DNA of 61,956 nt, taken from Bacilli bacterium (lineage in GTDB: Bacteria; Bacillota_I; Bacilli_A; RF39; UBA660). Position numbers and translations under genes: made by a program. Positions 29,886 to 41,577 of this stretch are shown piece by piece. Under the pieces are notes generated by a model. That model saw only the letters and a program-made list of their open reading frames with translations. It was not told the origin of the DNA and made no database searches. Every line of letters begins with the position of its first letter. The stretch's first letter is position 1. The DNA lies in the NCBI GenBank assembly GCA_017887425.1, contig JAGHHZ010000029.1:1-61956 (forward strand). The letters run 5' to 3'.

Positions 29886-31238
29886 ATGAATGAAAATAAT
29901 TTACAAAATAATAATTTATCGGTAAACAATAATCCGAACTCAAATCCGCAACCTATGAACAATACTCAACCTACACCAAGTGTAGCAAGTGCTCCTCAAC
30001 CTACACCTACTGTAGCAAGCACCCCTCAACCTACACCTACTGTAGCAAGCACTCCTCAACCTACACCTACTGTTGCAAGCACTCCACAGCCTACACCTAC
30101 TGTTGCAAGCACTCCACAGCCTACACCTACTGTGTCAAATACTCCTCAACCTAGTCAACCACAAGAATTAAATTTAGTTAATCCGTTAAATCCAGACGAA
30201 ATAGTAAAAAAAGAAGTACTAGTGAAAAAAGAAGTGGCAGAAGAAAATAAAGAAAAGACTGAAAACGCTAAAAACAATGAAACTAACGAAACTAGTCAAC
30301 AACCTAAAAAGAAAAAATTTAATCCTATTTTATTAATTGCATTAGTTGCCGTTATCGTTGTTCTTGGTATCGTTTTATATTTTACTTTCTTTAACAAATC
30401 AGAGCCAAGTACTCCTAGTACACCTAATACACCAAGTACTCCTGAAACTCCTGAGACTCCTGCTACTCCACAAATAACTTTAAATGATATTTTAAATAAT
30501 TTTAATAACAGTGAAAATATCAATCAATTAAAAGAAACAAGTGAAGTTAATGCTAATATTAATAATAATGTTCTAACAATCGACGTTACAACTGATGGAA
30601 CAACAACTAGTTATTTATTTACATTAGAAAATAGAGATTTAGTATATGAAATTAATGCAAATGACTTAACTAGTAACTTATTATTCTTAGTAATTTGTGA
30701 TAATATAGGTCAATTCCATGGATTAGAAGTTAATGAAGTTACAAATTATTTATCTTCAATCGACTTAACAACTACTGCTGTTAATGGCATCACATTAACA
30801 CAATTAGAAAATGGAAATTATCAAGCAAGAATTAATATCGATACAAAAATTGATACTTCAAGTTTAAATACAATGTATATTGAATTAAGTGATTTAGAAA
30901 GTTATCGTGACTTTATCGAAGGTTCTGGAACTGCTCAATTAGAAAAAGGGAATTTAATGTTTTATAAAGAGGGAAATAATAGTACAGCAACTATATTAAT
31001 TGGTGAAAAAGATAGTTTAACTAATTTATCATATAACAGTATTTTATCAGTTGTTGAATTATTATATCCTAATGATTTAGAAAACTTTAAAACAAGTTAC
31101 CCTAGTTTAGAAACCATTTCTTTTGATAGATATACAATTACAACTAACCCAGAATTAACTGGAACATTAGAAACATTATATGGACAATATCAAGATGAAT
31201 ATCAATTTGTTTTAATTGAAATAAATAAGAGTTTATAA
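29886..31238 (+). CDS. Single-pass membrane protein with Pro/Thr-rich repeats
   Basis: Low-complexity N-terminus, KKKK followed by a TM at about aa 146-168, TP linker, unknown extracellular domain. Confidence 0.8.
   Translation: MNENNLQNNNLSVNNNPNSNPQPMNNTQPTPSVASAPQPTPTVASTPQPTPTVASTPQPTPTVASTPQPTPTVASTPQPTPTVSNTPQPSQPQELNLVNPLNPDEIVKKEVLVKKEVAEENKEKTENAKNNETNETSQQPKKKKFNPILLIALVAVIVVLGIVLYFTFFNKSEPSTPSTPNTPSTPETPETPATPQITLNDILNNFNNSENINQLKETSEVNANINNNVLTIDVTTDGTTTSYLFTLENRDLVYEINANDLTSNLLFLVICDNIGQFHGLEVNEVTNYLSSIDLTTTAVNGITLTQLENGNYQARINIDTKIDTSSLNTMYIELSDLESYRDFIEGSGTAQLEKGNLMFYKEGNNSTATILIGEKDSLTNLSYNSILSVVELLYPNDLENFKTSYPSLETISFDRYTITTNPELTGTLETLYGQYQDEYQFVLIEINKSL
29965..30153 (+). 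repeat. 30-bp coding tandem repeat, about 6.3 copies (PQPTPTVAST)
   Basis: Unit close to CTCAACCTACACCTACTGTAGCAAGCACTC, read directly from the sequence. Confidence 0.92.
30405..30470 (+). repeat. Degenerate 9-bp coding repeat (PxT x7)
   Basis: Encodes PSTPSTPNTPSTPETPETPATP. Confidence 0.7.
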
Positions 31239-31282
31239 CTCTTATTTTTTATTAAAAAAATGATAAATATTATTATTTATCA

Positions 31283-32371
31283 TTAATTTTTCTTTAAATA
31301 ATCATTAAATTTTTTGAATTCTTTCGTTTCTAAATCGGTTTTATCCAATTGCTCAAACAATTTCTTTTGATCACGTGATAATTTATCTGGCATAATAACT
31401 TTTAAAACAACATACATATCACCCTTACGATAACTATGAACATCTTCGATTCCCTTACCTTTTAAACGTAATTTATCACCTGTATTGCTACCAGCTTCAA
31501 TTGTCAATTTTACCTTACCAGTTAATGTTGGTATTTCTTTTTTGCAACCTAGTACTGCTTCAGTAATTGTTAAAGGAACTTCTAAGTATATATCGTTGCC
31601 ATCACGTTCAAATAATTCATGACTACGAACATGATATTCTAAATATAAGTCACCATTACCAGCAGAACCATATTCACCATAACCAGATACTCTTTGTTGA
31701 TTACCAGTATCAACTCCAGCTGGTATTTTAACTTCAATATCTTTATTTACTCTAACTTTCCCTGTTCCTGAACATTTACTACAACTTCTTTTATAAGACC
31801 TTCCTTTACCAGAACATTTAGGACAAGTAGTTTTAGTCATAAAAGACCCAAATAAAGTTCTTTGCTCAGCTGTTACAGTTCCTGTTCCATGACAATTAGA
31901 GCAAACTTCTTCGTCAAATCCACCTTTACCATGACAAGAATCACATTCATCATAAGTGTCAATATTAATAGTTTTTTTAGTACCAAACACGGCTTCCTCA
32001 AAAGTTAAATCAACTCGCATAACGAGGTCTCTTCCACGAGACTTTCTATTACTGTTACCACCAAAGTTAAATCCAAAGCCAGAGCCAAATAAATCGCTGA
32101 AAATATCAGAAAAATCAAATCCCGAGAAATCATATCCTCCACCAGCATTATTTTGGAATGCAGCATGACCATATTGATCATATTGTTTTCTTTTATTTTC
32201 ATCAGATAAAACAGCATAAGCTTCTTGACATTCTTTAAATTTTTCAGCCGCATTTTCTTCTTTTGAAACATCTGGGTGGTATTTCTTAGCTAGTTTACGA
32301 AATGCTGATTTTATTTCATCTTGTGTTGCTGTTTTAGGAACACCTAACACCTCATAATAATCTTTTTTCAT
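31283..32371 (-). CDS. dnaJ: Chaperone DnaJ
   Basis: J domain with HPD, G/F region, four CxxCxGxG motifs. Confidence 0.97.
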   Translation of the reverse strand: MKKDYYEVLGVPKTATQDEIKSAFRKLAKKYHPDVSKEENAAEKFKECQEAYAVLSDENKRKQYDQYGHAAFQNNAGGGYDFSGFDFSDIFSDLFGSGFGFNFGGNSNRKSRGRDLVMRVDLTFEEAVFGTKKTINIDTYDECDSCHGKGGFDEEVCSNCHGTGTVTAEQRTLFGSFMTKTTCPKCSGKGRSYKRSCSKCSGTGKVRVNKDIEVKIPAGVDTGNQQRVSGYGEYGSAGNGDLYLEYHVRSHELFERDGNDIYLEVPLTITEAVLGCKKEIPTLTGKVKLTIEAGSNTGDKLRLKGKGIEDVHSYRKGDMYVVLKVIMPDKLSRDQKKLFEQLDKTDLETKEFKKFNDYLKKN

Positions 32372-32383
32372 ACTTCACCTTCT

Positions 32384-34180
32384 TTACATTAACTCTATAA
32401 ATTGGTCAATAAAACCATCGAACATTTTAATAGCACTTTCAATAACCTCTTTTTTAGTTACATCAATGCCAGCTATTTTAAGTTCATTAATAGGATAATC
32501 ACTACCACCACTACTTAAGAATTTAAGATAATTTTCTAAAGCTTTATCTTTTTTATTTAATATACCATCGACGATAAAACAAGCGCAAGATAAACCAATT
32601 ACATATTTATAAACATAGAAATCATAATAGAAATGTGGTATTCTTTCCCATTCGTATTTAATTAAATCATCTACTACAACATCAGGACCAAAATATTTTA
32701 AATTTAATTTATAATATTCATTACATAATAATTCGTTAGTTAAAACTTCGCCTTTTTCATTTTTTAAATGCATATCTCTTTCATATTCTGCAAACATTGT
32801 TTGACGATATAAAGTTGCTTTAAATAAATCCATTAAATTACTTAAAATATATTTCTTTTCTTCTTTATCTGAAGTATTATTCAATAAATATAAATTAAGC
32901 AATAATTCGTTTACAGTTGATGCGACTTCAGCAACAAATATAGTATACTTGGAATATTGATAAGGATTATTTAAACAAGAATAATAAGTATGCATTGAAT
33001 GACCTAATTCATGAGCCAAAGTTGAAACGTCGTTTAAAGTATTTTCATAATTTAACAAAACATAAGGTTTAGTGTCATAAAATCCACTAGAATACGCTCC
33101 ACTTCTTTTACCAACGTTGTTATAAACATCGATCCATCTTTCATTAAATGCTTTATTTAAATTATTAACATAATCTTCGCCTAAAACACTTAAAGCCTTT
33201 AATACTATTTTTTTACCTTCTTCAAAAGGATATTCTTTAGTATTTTCCTTAACTAAATCGACATATTGGTCATACAAATGAAATTCATCTAGTTTTAAGA
33301 ATTTTTTCTTTAAATCAAAATACTTATAAATGACATTTAAATTCTCGTTTATCGTATCAATTAAATTATTATACACTTTAGGAGAAACATTATCACTAAA
33401 TAATGATGCTTCTAAACTAGAACGATAATGTTTCAATTTAGCTAAAGTGGTCAACATATCAACGTTACCGGCAAAAGTCGAACTAATCGTATTTTTAAAT
33501 TCACTATATTTACCTAATAATTGTTCAAAGGCTTTTTTTCTTATATTACGATCTTTAGATTGTAAAAATACACGATAATTACTTTCAGTCAACTCAACTT
33601 CATGTCCTTTTTCATCTGTTATCATACCAAACTTCATATCAGCATCCGTTAACATTTCAAATGTTTCAGCAGACTTATCAAATACTTTACTTAATGATGA
33701 CAACAATTTTTCAGTATCATCATCTAAAATATGTTTTTTAAAACGATAAATATTTTCCAAAATAAATTTATATTCTTTTAATTTTGGTTCTTGTTTATAA
33801 AAATCTTTAATTAAATTATAGTCAACACGCATCAATTCTGGATTAGAATAAGCATCTAATTCTTCATATTTATTGATTAAATTTTTAATTTTACCTAGCA
33901 TTTCTTGATATTTAGAATTAGTAGTATCTTGATCGTGTTTAAGATTGGCATAATAATATAATTTATATAATTTTCTTTCTAATAAACAAGATAAATTTAA
34001 ATAATTTAATAGATTTTTAGCATTACTTACTAATATTCCTTTAAAATTAGATATTTGTTTAATTTCTTTACTAACTTTATTAAAATCATTTTGCCAATCA
34101 CTATCTTTTTTATAAATATAACTCAAATCCCAAGTATATTTCTCTTCTATTTCTTCACGTCTACGTTGTGATTTTCCCAT
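32384..34180 (-). CDS. pepF: Oligoendopeptidase F (M3B)
   Basis: YTWDLS, GKRSGAYS, HELGHSMH, FVAEVAS, RIPHFY. Confidence 0.95.
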   Translation of the reverse strand: MGKSQRRREEIEEKYTWDLSYIYKKDSDWQNDFNKVSKEIKQISNFKGILVSNAKNLLNYLNLSCLLERKLYKLYYYANLKHDQDTTNSKYQEMLGKIKNLINKYEELDAYSNPELMRVDYNLIKDFYKQEPKLKEYKFILENIYRFKKHILDDDTEKLLSSLSKVFDKSAETFEMLTDADMKFGMITDEKGHEVELTESNYRVFLQSKDRNIRKKAFEQLLGKYSEFKNTISSTFAGNVDMLTTLAKLKHYRSSLEASLFSDNVSPKVYNNLIDTINENLNVIYKYFDLKKKFLKLDEFHLYDQYVDLVKENTKEYPFEEGKKIVLKALSVLGEDYVNNLNKAFNERWIDVYNNVGKRSGAYSSGFYDTKPYVLLNYENTLNDVSTLAHELGHSMHTYYSCLNNPYQYSKYTIFVAEVASTVNELLLNLYLLNNTSDKEEKKYILSNLMDLFKATLYRQTMFAEYERDMHLKNEKGEVLTNELLCNEYYKLNLKYFGPDVVVDDLIKYEWERIPHFYYDFYVYKYVIGLSCACFIVDGILNKKDKALENYLKFLSSGGSDYPINELKIAGIDVTKKEVIESAIKMFDGFIDQFIELM

Positions 34181-34225
34181 ATTTTCTCCTTTACACTAGA
34201 AAGTTCTAGTTAATCTAGAACTTCC

Positions 34226-36046
<1,821 letters not shown>

Positions 36047-36055
36047 TCATTCCTT

Positions 36056-36667
36056 TCATTCACTAACTTTAACCATTGCTGGTCTTATAACTTTTCCTTT
36101 TAAAATATAACCTTTTTGTAATACTTCAAGTACCATACCAGCTTCGACACCATCTCTTTTTTCGGTCATAATAGCTTCGTGGTAAACTGGATCAAAAGGT
36201 TTATTGTTACCATCAATTTCAATAACACCATAATTTTTTAAGACATTAACAAAATTGCAGTAAATCATTTTAAATCCTGATAAGAATTTTGATACTTCAT
36301 CGTCTAAATTAGTATCATCCATACTTATCGCTCTTTCAAAATTATCTAAAATCGGTAATGTTTCTTTAATTAAATCTTCATTACAAAATTTTAGTAATCT
36401 TACTTGTTCATCCTCTAGTCTTTTACGATAATTAATAAATTCAGCTTTACTTCGTAAAAGTTCATCTTCTAATTCTTTTATCCTTTTATCATGAGGAGGT
36501 TCAGGATGTTCATGACATTTACATTCTTGATGATCATGACATTTGCAATGTTCATCATGAGGTCCATGATGTTTATGATGCTTTTTTGAATGTTCATGCT
36601 CCTTATGTTCTTCATGAACTTTTTTTTCTTCATTTACATCTTGATTATCATGTTTTACTTCTTCCAT
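36056..36667 (-). CDS. grpE: Nucleotide exchange factor GrpE with His/Cys-rich N-terminus
   Basis: AEFINYRKR, LPILDNFERA, FDPVYHEA, QKGY..IRPAMVKV. Confidence 0.95.
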   Translation of the reverse strand: MEEVKHDNQDVNEEKKVHEEHKEHEHSKKHHKHHGPHDEHCKCHDHQECKCHEHPEPPHDKRIKELEDELLRSKAEFINYRKRLEDEQVRLLKFCNEDLIKETLPILDNFERAISMDDTNLDDEVSKFLSGFKMIYCNFVNVLKNYGVIEIDGNNKPFDPVYHEAIMTEKRDGVEAGMVLEVLQKGYILKGKVIRPAMVKVSE

Positions 36668-37665
36668 TATTTACCTTCTTTCTCAATGTTTTCTTTAATA
36701 TATTCTAACAATGTAATAACACGGTCATATTCCATTCTTTTAGGTCCGACTAAAGCAATTGTCCCTTCTTCTCCTTGGGCATCATATTTCATTTTAACAA
36801 TTGTTACATCGTCGTCAAATTCTGTTTCGCTACCGATATAAATATTGATACCATTATCATTTTCTTCGATTTTATTAATTATTTCTTTATCTTCGAATTT
36901 ACTAATGATATCTCTTATTTTATCAGCATTGTTAAATTCTGGTTGCATTAAAATATTTTTTCTGCCGGTCATTGTTACACTAGCATCATGAGCAAACTCG
37001 CTAAAAGCATTATAGAATGCATTATATAATACTTCGTGTTGTTTTACATACATTGCAATAATTGGTTTAACTTCATACTCTAAAACTTTTCCCACTTCAT
37101 TTAATTGTGTACCAATAATCATTTTATTAATCAAATCAACCGTTTGTTTAATATCATTAATTGATACATTCTCTTCAATAGTTAAGTTTCTATGTTCAAC
37201 ATGACCTTTATCAGTTATGACAATAGCAATTAAGTTATGCTCATTTATAGGAACTACTTCAACTTTACTAACACAGTTTTCTTTAGATGATTTTCCTAAA
37301 ACAATAGCTGTTAAGTGAGTCATTTCAGATACTATCTCCATACTTTTAGTAATATAATCATCTAACATTAATGATGAATTGTGGAAAATCGTTTGTAGTT
37401 TTAACATATCATCGCCAGTTAATTTTTTAGGTTCCATAATATGATCAACATAATAACGATATCCTTTTTCACTAGGAACACGTCCTGATGAAATATGTGT
37501 TTTTTCTAGTAAACCATTTTCTTCTAGATAACTCATTTCATTTCTAATTGTAGCACTAGAACAATGTAAGGCATCACATATTGATTTAGAACTAACTGGT
37601 CTAGCAGTCTTAATATAGTCCTCGACAATTATTTTTAATAAATCAGTTTGTCGTTTATTAAGCAT
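36667..37665 (-). CDS. hrcA: Heat-inducible transcription repressor HrcA
   Basis: SSATIRNEM, HISSGRVPSEKGYRYYVD, GPKRMEY. Confidence 0.96.
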   Translation of the reverse strand: MLNKRQTDLLKIIVEDYIKTARPVSSKSICDALHCSSATIRNEMSYLEENGLLEKTHISSGRVPSEKGYRYYVDHIMEPKKLTGDDMLKLQTIFHNSSLMLDDYITKSMEIVSEMTHLTAIVLGKSSKENCVSKVEVVPINEHNLIAIVITDKGHVEHRNLTIEENVSINDIKQTVDLINKMIIGTQLNEVGKVLEYEVKPIIAMYVKQHEVLYNAFYNAFSEFAHDASVTMTGRKNILMQPEFNNADKIRDIISKFEDKEIINKIEENDNGINIYIGSETEFDDDVTIVKMKYDAQGEEGTIALVGPKRMEYDRVITLLEYIKENIEKEGK

Positions 37666-37680
37666 TTATTTCACCACCTT

Positions 37681-37707
37681 TTAGCAGTCTATTTTCTTAA
37701 CTGCTAC
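37681..37707. promoter_or_regulatory. CIRCE-like element 1 (degenerate), in the hrcA leader
   Basis: TTAGCAGTC-N9-AACTGCTAC compared with consensus TTAGCACTC-N9-GAGTGCTAA. Confidence 0.6.
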
Positions 37708-37710
37708 TTC

Positions 37711-37753
37711 ATTATACTATTATATGTTAGCATTGTCAATATATGAGTGCTAA
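37711..37753 (-). promoter_or_regulatory. hrcA promoter with CIRCE 2 over the -35 element
   Basis: TTGACA (37734-39)-17-TATAAT (37711-16). TTAGCATTG-N9-GAGTGCTAA at 37727-37753. Confidence 0.85.
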
Positions 37754-37833
37754 AAAATTAAAATTTCACAAAACTTTAACAAAAAAGCTATTAAAAATAT
37801 TAATTTTCAATAGCCTTTATCAATAATTATATT

Positions 37834-38085
37834 TTAATTATCCTTGCTTTGTAATTTTGTTAAAGTACTTTGGATTACATTAGGTGCAATATTTTCAACT
37901 GTATACCACCCACATTCAGTCATCTTATTATAAAGTAAGTGCTGTAATTTTAAAGTTTCTTCTAAGCCATATTTTAAAGCCTGATGAACTTTTTCGTTAG
38001 ATGCTTCTAAAGTTCCATGAACATAAACTTCCATATTACTTTTAAGTAGTAAAAGCATATTTTCCATCAATAATTGATCATTCAT
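37834..38085 (-). CDS. Coat F-like spore coat protein
   Basis: MND..LLLLK..Y..GTLEASN..Q..LYNKMTECGWY pattern. Confidence 0.7.
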   Translation of the reverse strand: MNDQLLMENMLLLLKSNMEVYVHGTLEASNEKVHQALKYGLEETLKLQHLLYNKMTECGWYTVENIAPNVIQSTLTKLQSKDN

Positions 38086-38270
38086 GCTATCTCACCACCT
38101 AATAAATTCATTAATTCAGTTTTAATATCTTGATGTATTTTTAATTGTCCACTTAAAAAATTTTTAAGATCAGTATTCTGTAACAAATTAATCGTTTCAG
38201 TTAATATTTTAATTAAATTTTGTTCATGTCCAACAGCATCTTCAACATACAATAATTCTTTTTGAGTCAT
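38082..38270 (-). CDS. Small spore coat-associated protein, partner of the Coat F-like gene
   Basis: MTQKELLYVEDAVGHEQ, GGAGG RBS, ATGA coupling to the next gene. Confidence 0.6.
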   Translation of the reverse strand: MTQKELLYVEDAVGHEQNLIKILTETINLLQNTDLKNFLSGQLKIHQDIKTELMNLLGGEIA

Positions 38271-38371
38271 ATTTTATCCTCCTCCAATACTATTATGAAT
38301 CTTTTTTTAAAATTTAAACAAAAAATTAATTAATCTCTTAAAAATGTCCATAATAATAACGGTGAACAAAT

Positions 38372-38830
38372 ATGGTATATATAATAATTTTTATATTAAA
38401 AATATTAGAAAATGCTTTAGGAACATTAAGATTAATTATTGTATCTAATGGAAAAAAAGTTGAAGGAGCTGTTTTGAACTTTCTATTATCAGTTGTCTGG
38501 GTCATTTCTACTAGCATGGTTGTTATTGATAACAATATTTATAAAATATTAGTGTTTGCTTTCGGATCGCTAATAGGAAGTTATGTAGGTAGTGTTTTAG
38601 AAGAAAAAATTGCTTTAGGGAATAACATGTTATTTATTATTAGTAAAAAATATGAACAAATAAAAAGTAAATTAACTAATTCAAAAATAAATTGTTATTT
38701 AATTAGTAAAGATATAGTAATAGTTATGACTTCACGTAAAAAAAGAAAAGAAGTTATCGATTTAATATTAAATATTGATAATCAATCTGAAATTATCTCT
38801 GAGACTGCAAAACAATTAGTCCTCAAATAA
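38372..38830 (+). CDS. UPF0316/DUF2179-DUF5698 (YebE-like) membrane protein
   Basis: LGTLRLI, FAFGSLIGSYVGSVLEEKIALG. Confidence 0.75.
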   Translation: MVYIIIFILKILENALGTLRLIIVSNGKKVEGAVLNFLLSVVWVISTSMVVIDNNIYKILVFAFGSLIGSYVGSVLEEKIALGNNMLFIISKKYEQIKSKLTNSKINCYLISKDIVIVMTSRKKRKEVIDLILNIDNQSEIISETAKQLVLK

Positions 38831-39457
38831 ATAAGGATTATCAGTAATGATATTATATTTTTCTAAATCTTCTTTTTTATCATTGATTGTCCACAAAAAT
38901 GTTTCTTTTTTATTATAAATTTTTCGATATTTATAAGTTAAAATATTAAAATTAAAATGGTTATATTTTCTTTTAATATTTATTCCATTTCCAATAATTA
39001 ATCCACAATTATCAAATTTAGTTTTAAAGTATTTAATTAAATTATAATTAAAACTAGTTATATAAATATTTAAGTCATAATTTTTAATTATATTATAAAC
39101 AATATCGACAAACATTTTAAAATCATTACTTTCTTCTTTTAATTCAATTATTATTTTTTTATTACTGTTAATATCATCTAATAGTTCTTTTAATGTACAT
39201 ATTTTACTAGGATTTTCTTTTGTTCCAAAATTATATTTAAGTATTTTTTTATATTTCATATTTTTTACTATTCCTCTACCGTTGCTGACAAAGTTAATAA
39301 TCGGATCATGGATAATAACTATTTTTTTATCTTTAGTTATACGAATATCAAACTCGATACCATCGATAAAATCAATACTTAAAGCAGTAAGCAAAGCTTG
39401 TTTGGTATTAGGTTTATAATTACTTACATTACTTCCACGATGTGAAATTATTTTCAT
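38816..39457 (-). CDS. Glycerophosphodiester phosphodiesterase family protein
   Basis: IISHRG, GIEFDIRITKD..IIHD, IELK, TSFN, WTIND, ITDNP. Confidence 0.85.
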   Translation of the reverse strand: MKIISHRGSNVSNYKPNTKQALLTALSIDFIDGIEFDIRITKDKKIVIIHDPIINFVSNGRGIVKNMKYKKILKYNFGTKENPSKICTLKELLDDINSNKKIIIELKEESNDFKMFVDIVYNIIKNYDLNIYITSFNYNLIKYFKTKFDNCGLIIGNGINIKRKYNHFNFNILTYKYRKIYNKKETFLWTINDKKEDLEKYNIITDNPYLFED

Positions 39458-39498
39458 ATCTTCACCTAATAAAATATATTCAAAAAAAGCCCGAAATT

Positions 39499-40641
39499 TT
39501 ATTCAGGCTTTAAATTTGATTTAATATATTTACATATTTTTTTATTTATTTCATCAACTGATAACATTTTACCATTTTTACTACATTCAATTTTTTCAAA
39601 ACCATATAAATCAACTAATTCTAAATAAGCTTTTTCGGCATTAATTAAATGTTCAGAATTAGATTCATGTTGATCGAATTTTTCTTTTCTATTTTTTCTT
39701 ATTTCTAAAGATACTTCATAAGGAACATGTAGAAATATTTTAAGATCTGGTTTAGGTAATTCTAAAAAATCAAACTCTAATTTTTCAATCCACTGATAAG
39801 TTTTTAATCTTTCTTTTTTATCTTTTACTTTACCCGCTTGATGAGCCATATTAGAATAAGTATATCGATCTAATATTACATTATATCCTTCATTTAACAT
39901 TTCCTCTATTTTGTCAATATTATATTTTCGATCAGCAGCATAATATAAAGAGGCTATTTTAAAACTTACATTAGCAGCACCTTCAGGAAACCAACCTTCA
40001 CAAACAGATTCTTTTCCTAAATAAGGTCCAGCAATTATTTTACCAGTTGGACTATCATAATTAGGAAAAGCAAAATATTTAAAATTATATTCTTTTAGAT
40101 TCTCAATTACTTTTTTACTTTGTGTTTCTTTCCCCGAACAATCAGTTCCTTCAATAACAATTATTTTACCCTTCTTCTTTTCATATAAAACATGGCGATA
40201 ATTTATTCCATTATCACTATTTTCACCTAATATAGTTTTATTATATTTACTTTTATCAAATTTAGGAAAATATACATCAGCCTTACTTGTTGCACTAATT
40301 TCTGTTAAATATAATCTATCAGCTTTATTGATAAACTGTTCATACAAAGAAGATCCGCCTATTATAAATACATCTTTATCTTTAATATAGTTGTTTAAAT
40401 CATCTAAATTAGTAAATTGTATTACTTCATCAGGTAAATCTCTCTTGCTATGAGATAAAACTATATGAGTTCTTTTAGGTAAAACCCTTCCTAACGAAAC
40501 AAAAGTATTATGCCCCATAACAATAGTTTGATTAATAGTTGTTTCTTTAAAAAATTTCAAATCATTTGGTAAATGCCAAATAAGATTATTATTTTTACCC
40601 AGTTCATTATTTTTGCCAATTGCTGCAATTATACTAATCAT
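39499..40641 (-). CDS. Fused dihydrofolate reductase / thymidylate kinase
   Basis: aa 1-155 are DHFR (LIWHLPNDLKFFK, VMGHNTF, LPKR, IIGG, LYLTEI, ADVYFP). aa 158-380 are dTMP kinase (IEGTDCSGKETQ, FPNY, YAADR, DRYTYSN, PKPD). No stop codon between them. Confidence 0.9.
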   Translation of the reverse strand: MISIIAAIGKNNELGKNNNLIWHLPNDLKFFKETTINQTIVMGHNTFVSLGRVLPKRTHIVLSHSKRDLPDEVIQFTNLDDLNNYIKDKDVFIIGGSSLYEQFINKADRLYLTEISATSKADVYFPKFDKSKYNKTILGENSDNGINYRHVLYEKKKGKIIVIEGTDCSGKETQSKKVIENLKEYNFKYFAFPNYDSPTGKIIAGPYLGKESVCEGWFPEGAANVSFKIASLYYAADRKYNIDKIEEMLNEGYNVILDRYTYSNMAHQAGKVKDKKERLKTYQWIEKLEFDFLELPKPDLKIFLHVPYEVSLEIRKNRKEKFDQHESNSEHLINAEKAYLELVDLYGFEKIECSKNGKMLSVDEINKKICKYIKSNLKPE

Positions 40642-40650
40642 AACTTCCTC

Positions 40651-41550
40651 CTACTGTGATATTTCAAATTTAATTGGTCCATGATGTTCATAACCAACTA
40701 TTTTTATATCGTTACAATCTTTAGAATTATCAAACTCATAAAAATTTTTAATATTAGGATTTATCCATAAACTTGGTGCTTTAATATCAGGTAATGTTTC
40801 AAATCTAACAATTTGCTCTTTAATACCATCTATTTGATTTACATAAATATGAGCATCTTTAATACTCCAATCGATTGTCCCTGGTTTTAAATCACAAACA
40901 TGGGCAATTAAACTAAGTAATACAGCATACTGTGTAACATTAAAAGGTAGTCCTAAAGGGACATCACAGCTTCTTTGATGAACCCATAAGTTTAATTTAC
41001 CATCAGTCACGTCCCATTCACTACTCCAAACACAACTCGGTAAAACTGCTGTATCTAGATAATCATCTTGCCATAAGGACATTACTAATCGACGATCATT
41101 AGGATTATTTTTTATTGTATCTATCAATTTATCAATCATTTTAAATTTATTAACAATATAGCCATAAGCAGTACCTATTGTGTAAGCATATTTTTTATCG
41201 AACTTTTTAACAATATCTTTTTTTACCAGTTTGCAATCTTCTAAAACCATTTGATTGGCTCTCCACTCACCATTTTCATCAATTTGCCATTCATCCCAAA
41301 TGTGAACATTTCTATCTTGTAGCCATCTAACATCATTAGATTGAGCTTGATAAATCCATAACATTTCCAAAATTGCTTGTCTAAAATATAATTGTTTTGT
41401 TGTTAAAACTGGAAACTCCTTTGATAAATCAAATTTTAAATGATAACTAGGAATTTTAATTGTATTAGTTCCTGTTCTATTTTCTACTTCTTTGCCATCT
41501 TTTAAAATTTTCTTACACAATTTTATGTACTCTTTATCCCATTTTGTCAT
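40651..41550 (-). CDS. thyA: Thymidylate synthase
   Basis: NRTG, FPVLTTK, LPSC, QRSCDVPLGLPFN, DAHIYVNQ. Confidence 0.96.
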   Translation of the reverse strand: MTKWDKEYIKLCKKILKDGKEVENRTGTNTIKIPSYHLKFDLSKEFPVLTTKQLYFRQAILEMLWIYQAQSNDVRWLQDRNVHIWDEWQIDENGEWRANQMVLEDCKLVKKDIVKKFDKKYAYTIGTAYGYIVNKFKMIDKLIDTIKNNPNDRRLVMSLWQDDYLDTAVLPSCVWSSEWDVTDGKLNLWVHQRSCDVPLGLPFNVTQYAVLLSLIAHVCDLKPGTIDWSIKDAHIYVNQIDGIKEQIVRFETLPDIKAPSLWINPNIKNFYEFDNSKDCNDIKIVGYEHHGPIKFEISQ

Positions 41551-41577
41551 ACTACCACCATTTTAATTCTATCTTAA

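Noticed and set aside
29965-30153. Possible CRISPR array
   Set aside because: The 30-bp units are contiguous with no unique spacers, lie in frame within a CDS, and no cas genes are present.
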